DNA of 64,000 nt from Octopus vulgaris (Eukaryota). The DNA is taken from contig OX597832.1 of the NCBI GenBank assembly GCA_951406725.2, forward strand, positions 31,992,001 to 32,056,000, written 5' to 3'. The notes below the pieces were generated by a model. That model saw nothing but the letters and a program-made list of their open reading frames with translations. It was not told the DNA's origin and did not search any database. Both the position numbers and the translations under genes were made by a program. Shown here in pieces: positions 14,609-26,819 of this stretch (its first letter is position 1; each line of letters begins with the position of its first letter).

Positions 14609-14815
14609 GAGGCGCAATGGCCTAGTGGTTAGGGCAGCGGACTCGCGGTCGCAGGATCGCGGTTTCGATTCTCAGACCGGGCGTTGTGTGTGTTTATTGA
14701 GCGAAAACACCTAAAAGCTCTACGAGGCTCCGGCAGGGGGTGGTGATCCCTGCTGTACTCTTTCACCACAATGGCGGTGCCCCAGCATGGCCACAGCTCA
14801 AGAGCTGAAACTGGA
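14609..14815 (+). mobile_element. Chimeric SINE: family A head/body plus CR1-type 3' tail
   Basis: A-box tggcctagtgg and B-box gtttcgattc. Matches family A up to ctctttcaccacaa (~14771), then continues ggcggtgccccagcatggccacagctcaagagctgaaact. Confidence 0.85.
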
Positions 14816-15200
14816 AAAACAAAAAAACAAAACAAAACAAAATATATATGTATGTATGTATGTAGGTGTGTATGCTTGTGTGTGTTTGTGTGTATGCGTA
14901 TGTGTGAGTGTGTGTGCGTGCGTATATGCATGTTTCTGTGTCTGCGTTTGCTCCCAACCATTTGAGAACCATTACTGGTCTTTTTTACCGTTTCGTAACT
15001 TAGCGATTGAGCAAATGAAATCGCTAAAATTAAAACTGAAAGAAAAAAAACCCCGCAAGTATAGCAGGTAAGGATCTAAATAACGAAGAAATCAAAGCAG
15101 AAATTGAAACACGTAAAATAACAAGATTTAGAGAGATTTTGAAAACAGTCCAACATGCACAGATATATACATAAGTGGGTGGCTTTCTGAGAATGAATGC

Positions 15201-15247
<47 letters not shown>

Positions 15248-15264
15248 CATACATATATATATAC

Positions 15265-15349
<85 letters not shown>

Positions 15350-15391
15350 TTCATCAAAATTTAGATTCATATGATTATGGTACTTAAGTTA

Positions 15392-15692
15392 AAGGCACCA
15401 GAATTTTGTATGGTATTGTCCATATAAGCCCAATCGGGTGATTATAATCAAAATAAGCAACAAGGATATCCATGGTAGTGTAGTAGAATTGTTTCATGCT
15501 ACTTCATTTTATTAAACCTTGTAAGTATTACATCAGTTTTAAAATGTAGACCAATCTACAGACGGAGATTGAACATACTACCATCATGTACTTAATGATG
15601 AAATTAACCTCTTCGTAATGTTGGCAAATGAAATAGGGATAAGAATGTGCATTGTCCGTTTAATTGAAAAATTATATATGTGGTTGAAGATG
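15392..15692. mobile_element. Rearranged head-to-head copy of the long-stem-II HHR element seen at 45050-45298
   Basis: 15392-15562 is the reverse complement of 45126-45297 with a decayed core (CTGTAGA). 15618-15692 is a direct copy of 45060-45133, ending at the core gtggTTGAAGA. Confidence 0.75.
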
Positions 15693-15724
15693 CATCTCAG
15701 CATCTCAGAGATGCATCACGAAGT

Positions 15725-15775
15725 TTTGTCAGTGAACAGGTCGCGGTCTCAAAGCGACGAAAATATTTTGACAAA
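15725..15775 (+). ncRNA. Non-canonical hammerhead motif with G3-C8 swapped core
   Basis: Stem I tttgtca / core GTGAACA / g / stem II gtcgc-ggtctcaaa-gcgac / GAAA / ATAT / TT / stem I tgacaaa. It is part of a ~140 bp repeat (15718-15857) that recurs at 36660-36800. Confidence 0.7.
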
Positions 15776-16242
15776 TTATATTTAAATGTTGAAGTGAATC
15801 TAACGGTTTTTGTATTTCTTAAATGGCTTATAAACACCTTCCACGCTGCAATTGTTTATATATATATATATATATATATATGTACATAGTCCCACATACA
15901 CACAAACATGTACATAAACCCGGCATATACACACATATATATAGTACACACGCACACACAAACTCGCGCTCGCCTTTTCGCGTATATCTGTGTATTGTTT
16001 GCAAAATCTCTCTAAATCTTGCTATTTCTTGGGTTTCAATTTCTGCTCCAATTTTATTTTATTTATTTCATTTATTTATTTTCTGATAATTTAATCTCAA
16101 CGTTACCTGTCTGGTTTTATTGTTCATTTATAAACAAAACAAATATTGTCATAAAACTCAGACACAATCACATACTTACACACACTGACACACACATCCT
16201 CCTATACAGGCTAGCAGACATACAATAACCATATATGGCTAC

Positions 16243-16320
<78 letters not shown>

Positions 16321-17389
16321 GTGTATAAAGATATAAATACCAAACACATGCACACATGTATATGCTTATATACCTTTATCTAAGCGAAGTATGTGTATAT
16401 ATATGTATGTATGTATATACACACACTTATATAGAAGTATCCATATACACACAGACACTCGTCTACATACACACACATGTGTATATAAGTATAGGTATTA
16501 TTTTATATATGTCTGTTGATAAGTGTGAATATATTGATGCTTTGCATGCGCGGTTGTATACATTTTTTAATCGGGAGCAAAAGTACTTATGTTATCTCGT
16601 AGACTTTTTCCTTGCGTATTTTGAACATATTGTGTTTACTCCAAGAAAACTATAAGCACCATTTCGACTTCTGTTCAGAACCATCCATACGTGTCTATAC
16701 CGTTGCATAATCACACACACACACACATATATATACACACATACATATACATACACTCACGCGTAGAACTCACACACACATATACACATATACATTCACG
16801 CACAGGCAGAACATACACACATAACCACATATATTCAAACATATATATAAACACACATAGACACATAAATATATACACACACATATACTCATACGAACAC
16901 AGGCACACGCATACACACATATACAAACATAAACATAGGCACACGCACATATATATATAAATATGCACACGCAGAACAAACACACATACCCACATATATA
17001 AACACACGTGTGCGTACACACACATATATACAGACACGCACACGCAGAACACACACATATAGGTATGTTTGCTTGTGTGTGTATGTATGCTTGGCTGCAT
17101 GTATGTATATATTTGTGAATGTATGTATGTAGGAATGTGAGTGTGTTCATGTCGGTATAAATGTATGTATCTATTATTATAGCTGACGTGGTTCCTTCAT
17201 TAAGTGATTTAATTTGAAATCGGGTTCTTATCAATGTAAACAGGTTTTAGTGAAATTCCACGGAAACAGCAACAAAGACGTTATCGACAGCATCAACAAC
17301 AACATCGGCAATAACAGAAACTTCAACGATAGTAGCAACAACAACAACGACAACAACAGCAAGATTAATACTAAGAACTAGGAAATTAA

Positions 17390-17448
17390 TTATAATAATA
17401 ACAATAATAATAATAATAATAATAATGATGATGATGATGATGATGATG

Positions 17449-17524
<76 letters not shown>

Positions 17525-17547
17525 TAATAATCATAATAAGGATGATG

Positions 17548-17620
<73 letters not shown>

Positions 17621-17682
17621 TAATAATCATAATAATGATGATGATAATAATAATAATAATAATGATAATAATAATAATAATG

Positions 17683-17719
<37 letters not shown>

Positions 17720-17721
17720 TG

Positions 17722-17776
<55 letters not shown>

Positions 17777-17860
17777 TGCTGATGATTAATAATAATAATA
17801 ATAATAATGATAATAATCATAATAATAATAATAATGATAATAATCATAATAAGGATGATG

Positions 17861-17915
<55 letters not shown>

Positions 17916-17938
17916 TAATAATCATAATAAGGATGATG

Positions 17939-17993
<55 letters not shown>

Positions 17994-18094
17994 TAATAAT
18001 CATAATAATGATGATGATAATAATAATAATAATAATGATAATAATAATAATAATGATAATAATAATAATAATAATGATAATAATAATAATAATG

Positions 18095-18131
<37 letters not shown>

Positions 18132-18167
18132 TGCTGATGATTAATAATAATAATAATGATGATGATG

Positions 18168-18240
<73 letters not shown>

Positions 18241-18276
18241 TGCTGATGATTAATAATAATAATAATGATGATGATG

Positions 18277-18319
<43 letters not shown>

Positions 18320-18327
18320 TAATAATC

Positions 18328-18376
<49 letters not shown>

Positions 18377-18439
18377 TAATAATCATAATAATAATAATAA
18401 TGATGCTGATGATTAATAATAATAATAATGATGATGATG

Positions 18440-18482
<43 letters not shown>

Positions 18483-18490
18483 TAATAATC

Positions 18491-18539
<49 letters not shown>

Positions 18540-18602
18540 TAATAATCATAATAATAATAATAATGATGCTGATGATTAATAATAATAATAATGATGATGA
18601 TG

Positions 18603-18663
<61 letters not shown>

Positions 18664-18720
18664 TGCTGATGATTAATAATAATAATAATGATGATGATGA
18701 TAATAATAATAATAATAATG

Positions 18721-18777
<57 letters not shown>

Positions 18778-18810
18778 GTAGTAGTAGTAGTAATAATAAT
18801 AATAATAATG
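17390..18810. repeat. (AAT/GAT)n microsatellite with higher-order duplications
   Basis: The marker gatgctgatgatt occurs at 17775, 18130, 18239, 18402, 18565 and 18662 (spacings 355, 109, 163, 163, 97). Confidence 0.9.
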
Positions 18811-18811
18811 G

Positions 18812-19147
18812 TAACAAGAGCACTCAGATAGCTCAAACCTGCGCAAGGGCAACACCAACGCCCTCTCAACGATTAGACAGAGATGAATTTTTAAATGAGA
18901 ATGTCTGAAATATTCTCGACTGCTTTCACAAACGAGAATACTAAAAAGGAATCCGTTCGCTCTCAGAAATTAAGGAAAGAAAACAGGAAAAATAAATCCC
19001 GATACGTGCTAGTCACGTGGCCAAACAACCCTGAAAGTTTCATCGAAATCCATCCAGCGGTTCTTGAGATATCTTGTCCACAGACTAACAAACAAACACG
19101 ACTGAAAACAATACCCCCCCCCCCCCTTTCACTAAGGCGGAGGTAAT
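18812..19147 (-). mobile_element. Non-autonomous Helentron/DINE-like (HINE-type) element
   Basis: One end is ggcggaggtaat. The other has a related subterminal inverted segment acctgcgcaagg and a small hairpin before the terminus (taacaagagcactcagatagctc). The internal aagtttcatcgaaatccatccagcggttcttgagatatc plus (CAAA)n is typical of this class. Confidence 0.65.
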
Positions 19148-19328
19148 GAGGGGATACTTAGGAGGGTTCTCGGCAGCGAAGGTTACTTGCTCTAACCCAA
19201 TAGGTGCGTTCTTGGCATCTAAGGCTACTTGTTGCAACCCGATGTTAGGATTCTTTGCTTTCCCAACAGTTTAATCTATTGAGTGTCTAATAATAATAAC
19301 AATAATAATAATGATAATAATGATAATA

Positions 19329-19363
<35 letters not shown>

Positions 19364-19406
19364 AATAATAATCATAATAATAACAATATTAATATCAATA
19401 ATAATG

Positions 19407-19458
<52 letters not shown>

Positions 19459-20612
19459 CAACAACAACAACAACAACAGCAGCAGCAACAACAATAACAA
19501 CAGCAATAATAATAATGATAGTAATAATAATAATAACATTATCATTTTAAATGTCTGTGTTGTATTACATATTTCGCTACTGCCTCTTCCACTTCCCTTC
19601 TCTCAGCTTTCAGTCCTACTGTAGCACCTCTGATCCGTCACTCGCCCTAGGATGCTGGGTGTGTCTCGTCGAGTGATTGTAAGAAATATGTAGATGAAAA
19701 GTAAATAAAAACAACGACAACAACAACAATAATAATAACCAGGTGGACCTGTGAAAAATTCCCGGAAGTGAAAGTACACTTCCGTTCGGTCCTGGTTCGT
19801 TTGTTCTATCCTTTGCTGTTTGCTTTTTGTAACATGCGAAACATGTTATCCGTGGTGCTAACACTTCCGGAACCTCTGCGATTTAACAAGAATAATAAAA
19901 ATAACAATAATAACAGTAATAAATAATAAATAATACTAGTTATAATGTTATGGATAAATTCATGCGTGTTATCCTAGATGTAATTAATACTTGCATTTAA
20001 AAATGCACATGAAGATGATGATGATGATGATGATGATGACGACGACGACGACGATGACGATGACGATGATGATGATGACGATGATGGCGATGATGACATT
20101 TCATAATGATAACGATAGTATTACGAATATCAATAAGAATAACCTTAAACAAATAAATGCACAAAGACAAAATTTTAAAAAACAAACGTCAGAAACTGTA
20201 AGAAAATAAAGCAAAAAAAGTAACAAGCAACAAACCCAAAATAAACCCCACAAATAAATTCCAAATACCTAAAGAAACTAGAGAGAATATTTCCATATAG
20301 GAAAGCCATGAATTTGTAAAAGCAAGCGGAGGCTGTGCGTTGGCAAGTTGTATTCTTCATCTCTCATAAATTGACATTTATTCCTCAAGGCAAAAAATTC
20401 TGTCTTGAAACATTCATTACCATTTCTATGGAAGCCTGTTTTGTGTGTAGCATTTCTGGTGCCAATGATTGCCTCAGAGATTGCTTGTCTTGCTGTTCGC
20501 AATGAATTAGATACAAGCAATGCTACGAAAAAAAAAATCTTCCTTTCCATTTCGGTCTTCTGTCGCAATCTCTCAAATGTGAATTTATGTATGAACGTGT
20601 GTATGTATGTAC

Positions 20613-20643
<31 letters not shown>

Positions 20644-20831
20644 TGTATGTATGTATGTATGTATGTATGTATGTATGCATATGTGTGTATGTGTGTATGC
20701 TTGTATGCATGTATGTATGTATGCATGTGTGTGTATGTATGTGTGCATATTTGAATGTATGCCTGCATGTTTGTATGTATGCATGCATGTGTATGTATGT
20801 ATGTATGTATATATGTATGTGTGCACATATA

Positions 20832-20875
<44 letters not shown>

Positions 20876-21694
20876 TGTACCCATATATATATACGTATAT
20901 ACATATACATATATCTATATATATATATATGAACATACATACATACATATATATATATAAACATACAAACACACACATATATATATATATACATACATTT
21001 TCGTGCGTGTGTGTGTGTGTTTGTGGATATATGTATGCACATACATGCTAAGCAGTTTTTCAAAATACGATGATTACTATGGAACTAAATGTGCTGAAGA
21101 CGGGGCAAAATCTATATGCATGTTATACATAAATCCAAACACATAAAAAGTACATATTTATGGCCATACACATATCTACGTATGCATTAATCTATACCAC
21201 ACATTTACGCATACACACCCATCACTGAACTGTATATTTTATATTCATATTATTATCATATACGAATATCAGACTTGTACTCACACATATCCACGTGCAT
21301 GTGTTTGTTTTATTGGGATTATTTTTGTGTAAATCTAATGTGTTTCTTTATCAGCACAGGCAGCAACAGATGATTATACGCCACCCTGTTCGCCACCGCC
21401 ATCTTCCTCGCTCGTACGTTCAATCTGCGGTAGACATATTTGCTAGAAAGACAGTTTTATTGTTATTTTAAATAGCGGAATATGGGAGAAAGACGTCACA
21501 GGTGAAAGAAGATAACCGCCTCAAACTACCATTCCATTTGCATCCATTCACACGTAAGCTAAAAGCATGCGTGTGTGTGTGCGTGTGTGTCTGTCTGTGT
21601 GGCGCCCGTGTATGTGTCTGTACACTCATTTATTAATATTACATCTATCTATCTATCTATACCTATCTATCTATCTGTCTGTCTCTCTGTCTAT

Positions 21695-21808
<114 letters not shown>

Positions 21809-22308
21809 ATTTGTATATGTATATATATATTATGGTATATCTTTAGGCAAAATTATGTATAAAATCATTGCAATACTAAATTCTAAAGTCAGTTTAATAT
21901 AGAAGCATATTTATGTTCTTAAATAAGGAACAGCCTACGAAGTTCACTTTTGCTCAACATTGCTGTATCGAGCGTCTACGTATATAAATATATACGCACA
22001 GCATTGCTAGAAAGAAGGGTCAAAACAACTCTTAGTCACGTGCAAGCACTTATCTAACGACTGACAATAAAGATGAGTTCCCTACAGCAAGCAATGTGGA
22101 GTCATGTTATCGATGATTTCAGATTTGGTTAATCTTGATCAGTGACTCATTACTCCTTTGCCGAGGGTTAAAGAACTTAACTCACCATAGAGAATAGGAT
22201 AGGAAACAATAATTCCGAACGTGGTGAAGTGAGAATTATTGTCATCGGATCATATATCCGAACAAGAAGCAGGCTCTTATAGCACAGAGAGGTAAATGTA
22301 TTTATATA

Positions 22309-22487
22309 CAGTTAAGTCCATGTTCGATCACAGTTTGGTCAATGGTTTCGCATCCATAAGACGTTTGGTCCAATGGACGACTCGACTAACTCCTCCGCCA
22401 TTGAAGTCCGGCTCGTCGTTCATAGCGCTAAGAGCCTTATGGATACGATGCCACTGGTCACTCTATGACCGAACATAAACTTAACTG
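22309..22487. mobile_element. Foldback MITE with CAGT termini (Tc1/pogo-like)
   Basis: ta|cagttaagtccatgttcgatcacag... versus ...ctatgaccgaacataaacttaactg|ca. About 80 bp imperfect arms with a short spacer. Confidence 0.7.
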
Positions 22488-22825
22488 CATACATAAATGT
22501 GTCTGTGTTCGTGTGTGTGTATGTGTATTTGTGTGTATGTGTGTATATGTATATATATATGTGTGTATGGGCGCAGGAGTGGCTGTACTGTTTAGTGAGT
22601 AGTTTGGTTCTCAACCACACACGCACACATACATGTACACACACATACACACAGACTTATTTCGGTGATGGTTATATGAATGCGATGGTTAAACCCTCCT
22701 GGCTACCACTGCGGAAAGTATCTTGTTGCAGACCTTGGTGTTAAACAATATATCATGTTTCTCCATTATCCAGAGAGACGTTAATACGTTGACCGTGTTT
22801 GACTGATGTGAAGCCTCAAAATCTG

Positions 22826-23133
22826 CGACCCCGAAAGGATGAAAGGCAAAGTCGACCTCGGCGGAATTTGAATTAAGGACGTACCGGCAGACGAAATACC
22901 TATTTCTTTAGTACCCCGAAGGGGCTAAACACAGAGGGAACAAACAAGGACAGACAAACGGATTAAGTCGACTATATCGACCCCAGTGCGTAACTGGTAC
23001 TTATTTAATCGACCCTGAAAGGATACAATGCAAAGTCGACCACGGCGGAATTTGAACTCAGAACGTAACGGCAGACGGAAATACCGCTAAGCATTTCGCC
23101 CGGCGTGCTAACGTTTCCGCCAGCTCGCCGCCT
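22826..23133 (-). mobile_element. Dimeric tRNA-derived Meta/MESC-domain SINE (family M)
   Basis: Reverse-complement head ggcggcgagctggcggaaacgttagcacg..gagttcaaattcc. The Meta-like segment (gcctttcatcctttcggggtcg and a diverged copy) is present twice, with the junction gaaataggtatttc. Confidence 0.85.
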
Positions 23134-23650
23134 TACGAAGTGAATATATTAACCACCCAAACATGTCTGCACATCATTGAAGCGGTATATAGGAAAGAAA
23201 ATCGCAGAAGCTAATTTATATTCGGTTTTGTGGTTTTACTGTTATAATATTATTTTAGCTTATCTTGATGCTGTTGTATTTCACGAAATTTTACTTATAA
23301 AACGACCAACTGCTTAGGTATTACTTACCGTATCAGTATACCAGGGTATTCAATGAGACTAATTTATATATATACAACGTCCACCAAACGTTTTCATAGG
23401 CTCTGTTGTATCATTCGACGAAATAAAACGAAAATTATTGTAACGTTATATGTGTAATGTAAATGTCTACCTTGTCTTTCTTACGATGCAATAATTTCAT
23501 TTTCAGACATTTATCTGAAATGAAAATCGCTTTAAGAAGAACTATCATCCACTTCTCTCTCTCTTTCTCTCCCTCCTCACTCTCATTCGCTCTTTCCATC
23601 TTTATATGTCTATGAATATCTACTGAAAGTTCCTATATATGTATATGCCT

Positions 23651-23696
<46 letters not shown>

Positions 23697-23700
<4 letters not shown>

Positions 23701-23870
23701 GCTTTATTTAAAAGCAGCAGAAAAATCACAAAAACTGTTACTCAGAGTTTCACGTTCCCGTTCGTCGGACAGGTTTTGTTAGAATCTAACAAAACTGTCC
23801 GACGAACGGGAACGTGAACCTCTGAGTTACAGTTTTTGTGATTTTTCTGCTGTATTTAAATATAGCATAT
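23697..23870. mobile_element. Near-perfect foldback carrying two divergent minimal HHRs
   Basis: Centre ttttgttag-aat-ctaacaaaa. Minus-arm HHR (23731-23777): ctgt-CCGACGA-acg/ggaa/cgt-GAAA-CTCTGAG-TA-acag. The plus-arm HHR (23791-23836) has GAAC and GTT substitutions. Confidence 0.85.
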
Positions 23871-24542
23871 TACTCTACCACTCGTACTTGAGTACTCTTT
23901 TTTCCACCTTGTTTCACATTTACGTGCTTATTCCGGTAAATAAATACACACACACACACACACAAACACACAAACATAGATATATATATCCACTCGTTGT
24001 AGAACGTATGTACCCTGCATTTTCCATACTCCATTCCGTAATTCTTCAATATATATATATTTACACAGACGAATTAGGCATGTGCATATTTTCATGTTGC
24101 TCATGATATTTCTAGTGAAAGAAAGGAACAACAACAACAACAACATAAAGTACAAAATTCGTTCGCCAGTTTAAGAATTCCCTGCAGATATGCGATTACT
24201 TGTTTACAATGAATACCGGAAACAATAAACACGCGCAACCATACAGATACACACATAAATACACACTCATACGCAAGCATGCATATGATTTATAGATGCA
24301 AAACTTATGAAATAAAATATATGATAATGAAGAACGGAATAATGAGACAGATCAGAAGTCTAATGAGAAAGTATCATACAAGCTTAGGGGAAGAATTGAA
24401 ACTAAGATGAGCGCGGTTAAGAGATGACACATTCTAAAAATCATAGATCCCTATCCGAAAGAATTATTTGTTATTTTCTTTTTATATATTTCAATACATA
24501 CATACATACATACATACATACATACATACATACATACATACA

Positions 24543-24573
<31 letters not shown>

Positions 24574-25430
24574 GTATATACACATGCACACACATACACA
24601 CACATATTCTTATGAAAAATGTTTTGGAAAGAAAAATGTGGATTTTCATTTAGTCATATTGATTTGAACTTGGATCTACAGAATTCCCTTTTGACGTACG
24701 ACAGCACTTTCTCACGGAGAGACAAGGATTGACAGCTGAGACACTCAGTACCATGGCCTATGCCAAACCGATTTATTTATTCTCCATTTGACCCTTTTAA
24801 CTCCTTCTATACAATCAAGAGATAAAGGAGAACCCTATAGCTGTTCCGATTTTCTGAGAGCAATATGTCTCTCTTTCTCGCTTTGTTGCGATCATTATAA
24901 ATATAGAGAATTTGTAAGCCAAAGTTAGTTTAGTGAAAGGAGTTTGTGAAGAGATGACCAGGCAAACGAACAATGCTTTACTCTTTCACTGGCTCACTTT
25001 AGAATGACTTGTGTCATTCTGCTATTCTCCGTGTTTGCTGCTGGAATGACAGCCAGAATGAAGTATCATTCTGTCTTCCTCTCCCTTTCCCCTCTGTCAC
25101 CCGATCACCCTTTAAGGGTTTATTCCTATTACAAACAACATAAACAGTAAACAAGAACACAACAAAAAAAAAACGGTAAGTGCGACTTCCTTTTTGTTTT
25201 AATTGCCCGCTTCTGTAGCAACTGCTGGAGTTTCAACTTCCACCAAAGAAATCCACCGGTCTTTACGAACCGATATTTATTCAACTATTTCTAACAGCTC
25301 TGCGCTTGGAATCTGATAATTTCTGACGCTTTTTTTTTTTTGGACTCAAATGATTATAACAGCCTTGACCTGCGTGCGGTCTGTGTGTTTTATGCCATTC
25401 ATTTATATCAATACACATCTAAAAGCTTAA

Positions 25431-25530
25431 AAAACTGTTACTCAGAGCTTCACGTACCCGTTCGTCGGAGGGGAACGTGAAACTCTGAGTAACAGTTTTC
25501 GTGATGTTTTCGCAGCTTTATTAATAAAGC
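25431..25530. mobile_element. Second foldback copy of the CCGACGA/CTCTGAG HHR family, with central deletion
   Basis: aaaactgttactcagagcttcacgtacccgttcgtcgga | gggaacgtgaaactctgagtaacagtttt. Confidence 0.8.
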
Positions 25531-25949
25531 AGATATATACACACATACACACACACACACACACTACAAACAAAACACACACACACTAGAAACAAAACAC
25601 ACACACGATACATATACATACACGCACACACATATACCTCTTTGTTTTGACCTGTGGCTGGACACAAAAAACACCACTCCTTATTCTTACTACTGGCCAG
25701 CTGCTATCCAGTTGTTCGCCCTACACACATACACGCACACACGCACACACACACACACACGTGTCATCATTGCACACATACACACACACGCGCACACGCA
25801 GACATCCGCGCACGCACACGTCCACACACATTCCCCCTCTCACTTTCCTTGTCTTTGACATACTACCTACTGTCTTTGAAAACTCTCCTGTCTTTAAAAA
25901 ACATTATTCTTCCACCTTTCTACTTCCGGTCTTTCAATATGTGACTACG

Positions 25950-26125
25950 TGAGTACCGCTGCCGATTTTTTTCCCTCTGTCTTCCCTTCTCGGGATCTTT
26001 CCTTCTCCTATGTTTCCGACGAAGAGCTCCGCTCGAAACGTTAAACCCTCCTTCTTTCCTTCTTTCCTGAGCGTCCAATAATACTTTATTTGTTCCACGT
26101 CCTCGCGTTGTTGTGTTTTTTTTTG
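25950..26125 (+). mobile_element. Short PLE-derived element with minimal HHR at 26012-26046
   Basis: gttt-CCGACGA-a-gagc/tcc/gctc-GAAA-CG-TT-aaac. Stems I and II are intact and stem III is the ACGT palindrome. Confidence 0.8.
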
Positions 26126-26136
26126 TGTTTTCCTGT

Positions 26137-26177
<41 letters not shown>

Positions 26178-26522
26178 TGTATACATATATAAATATATAT
26201 ACAGAACTGTATGTATGTATGTATAAATGTCTGGCTGGTTATGTGTATTTACATATTCCCTCATGCAAATCACTTTATATTTGTTTATGTGTGTGTGTCT
26301 TGTTTATGGCGTACGTGTTGTGCGTATTCGGGTGTATGTGAGTGGTTATCGTGAGTGCGTGAATGCGCTTGCGATAGAATTGGTTTCGGTTGGAAACAAA
26401 AGTTGGTTGAATAAGTTCCACAGTGAAATGCAACCAAATCATACAAAGAACGCGAAGAAAGCAAGTGCAAGAAACTCAATGACAACCAGCAGCATCATCA
26501 TCATATCACCACCACCACCACC

Positions 26523-26553
<31 letters not shown>

Positions 26554-26819
26554 CCACCACCACCACCACCACCACCACCACCACCAGCAACAACAACAAC
26601 ACCAACAAATTGATGGGAAATAAATATATATGTAAATATAAAAAAAAAAGCATAATTGTAATTATGGCGAGTGTAGAAAATTTGCAGCAGAAATCCTTTT
26701 ACTAAACAAACTGACATTTATGGAGAATGTAAAGAAATACGAAATCAATAAGTTATAATTTATTATTTACATAATTACGGTAACTGGAGAAAATAGACAT
26801 TCTTTTCTGTGAATATATT

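Larger units (their letters stand above)
15095..16055. repeat. ~75 bp inverted repeat pair (15095-15170 / 15980-16055) bracketing a composite of PLE ends
   Basis: agcagaaattgaaacacgtaaaataacaagatttagagagattttg versus caaaatctctctaaatcttgctatttcttgggtttcaatttctgct. Confidence 0.8.

Noticed and set aside
14609-14690. Possible tRNA gene (A and B boxes present)
   Set aside because: It continues into a SINE body shared with other copies and lacks a proper acceptor stem and terminator. The same applies to 7520, 11400, 30840 and 34130.
17775-18680. Regularly recurring motif that superficially resembles a CRISPR array
   Set aside because: The spacers are (AAT)n rather than unique sequence, the context is eukaryotic and there are no cas genes.
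24722-24742. aaggattgacagctgag resembles a short 18S rRNA segment
   Set aside because: The match is only about 13 nt and the flanks do not follow rRNA.
26439-26613. Poly-Pro / poly-Gly ORFs
   Set aside because: A (CCA)n microsatellite with no supporting splice sites or domain.
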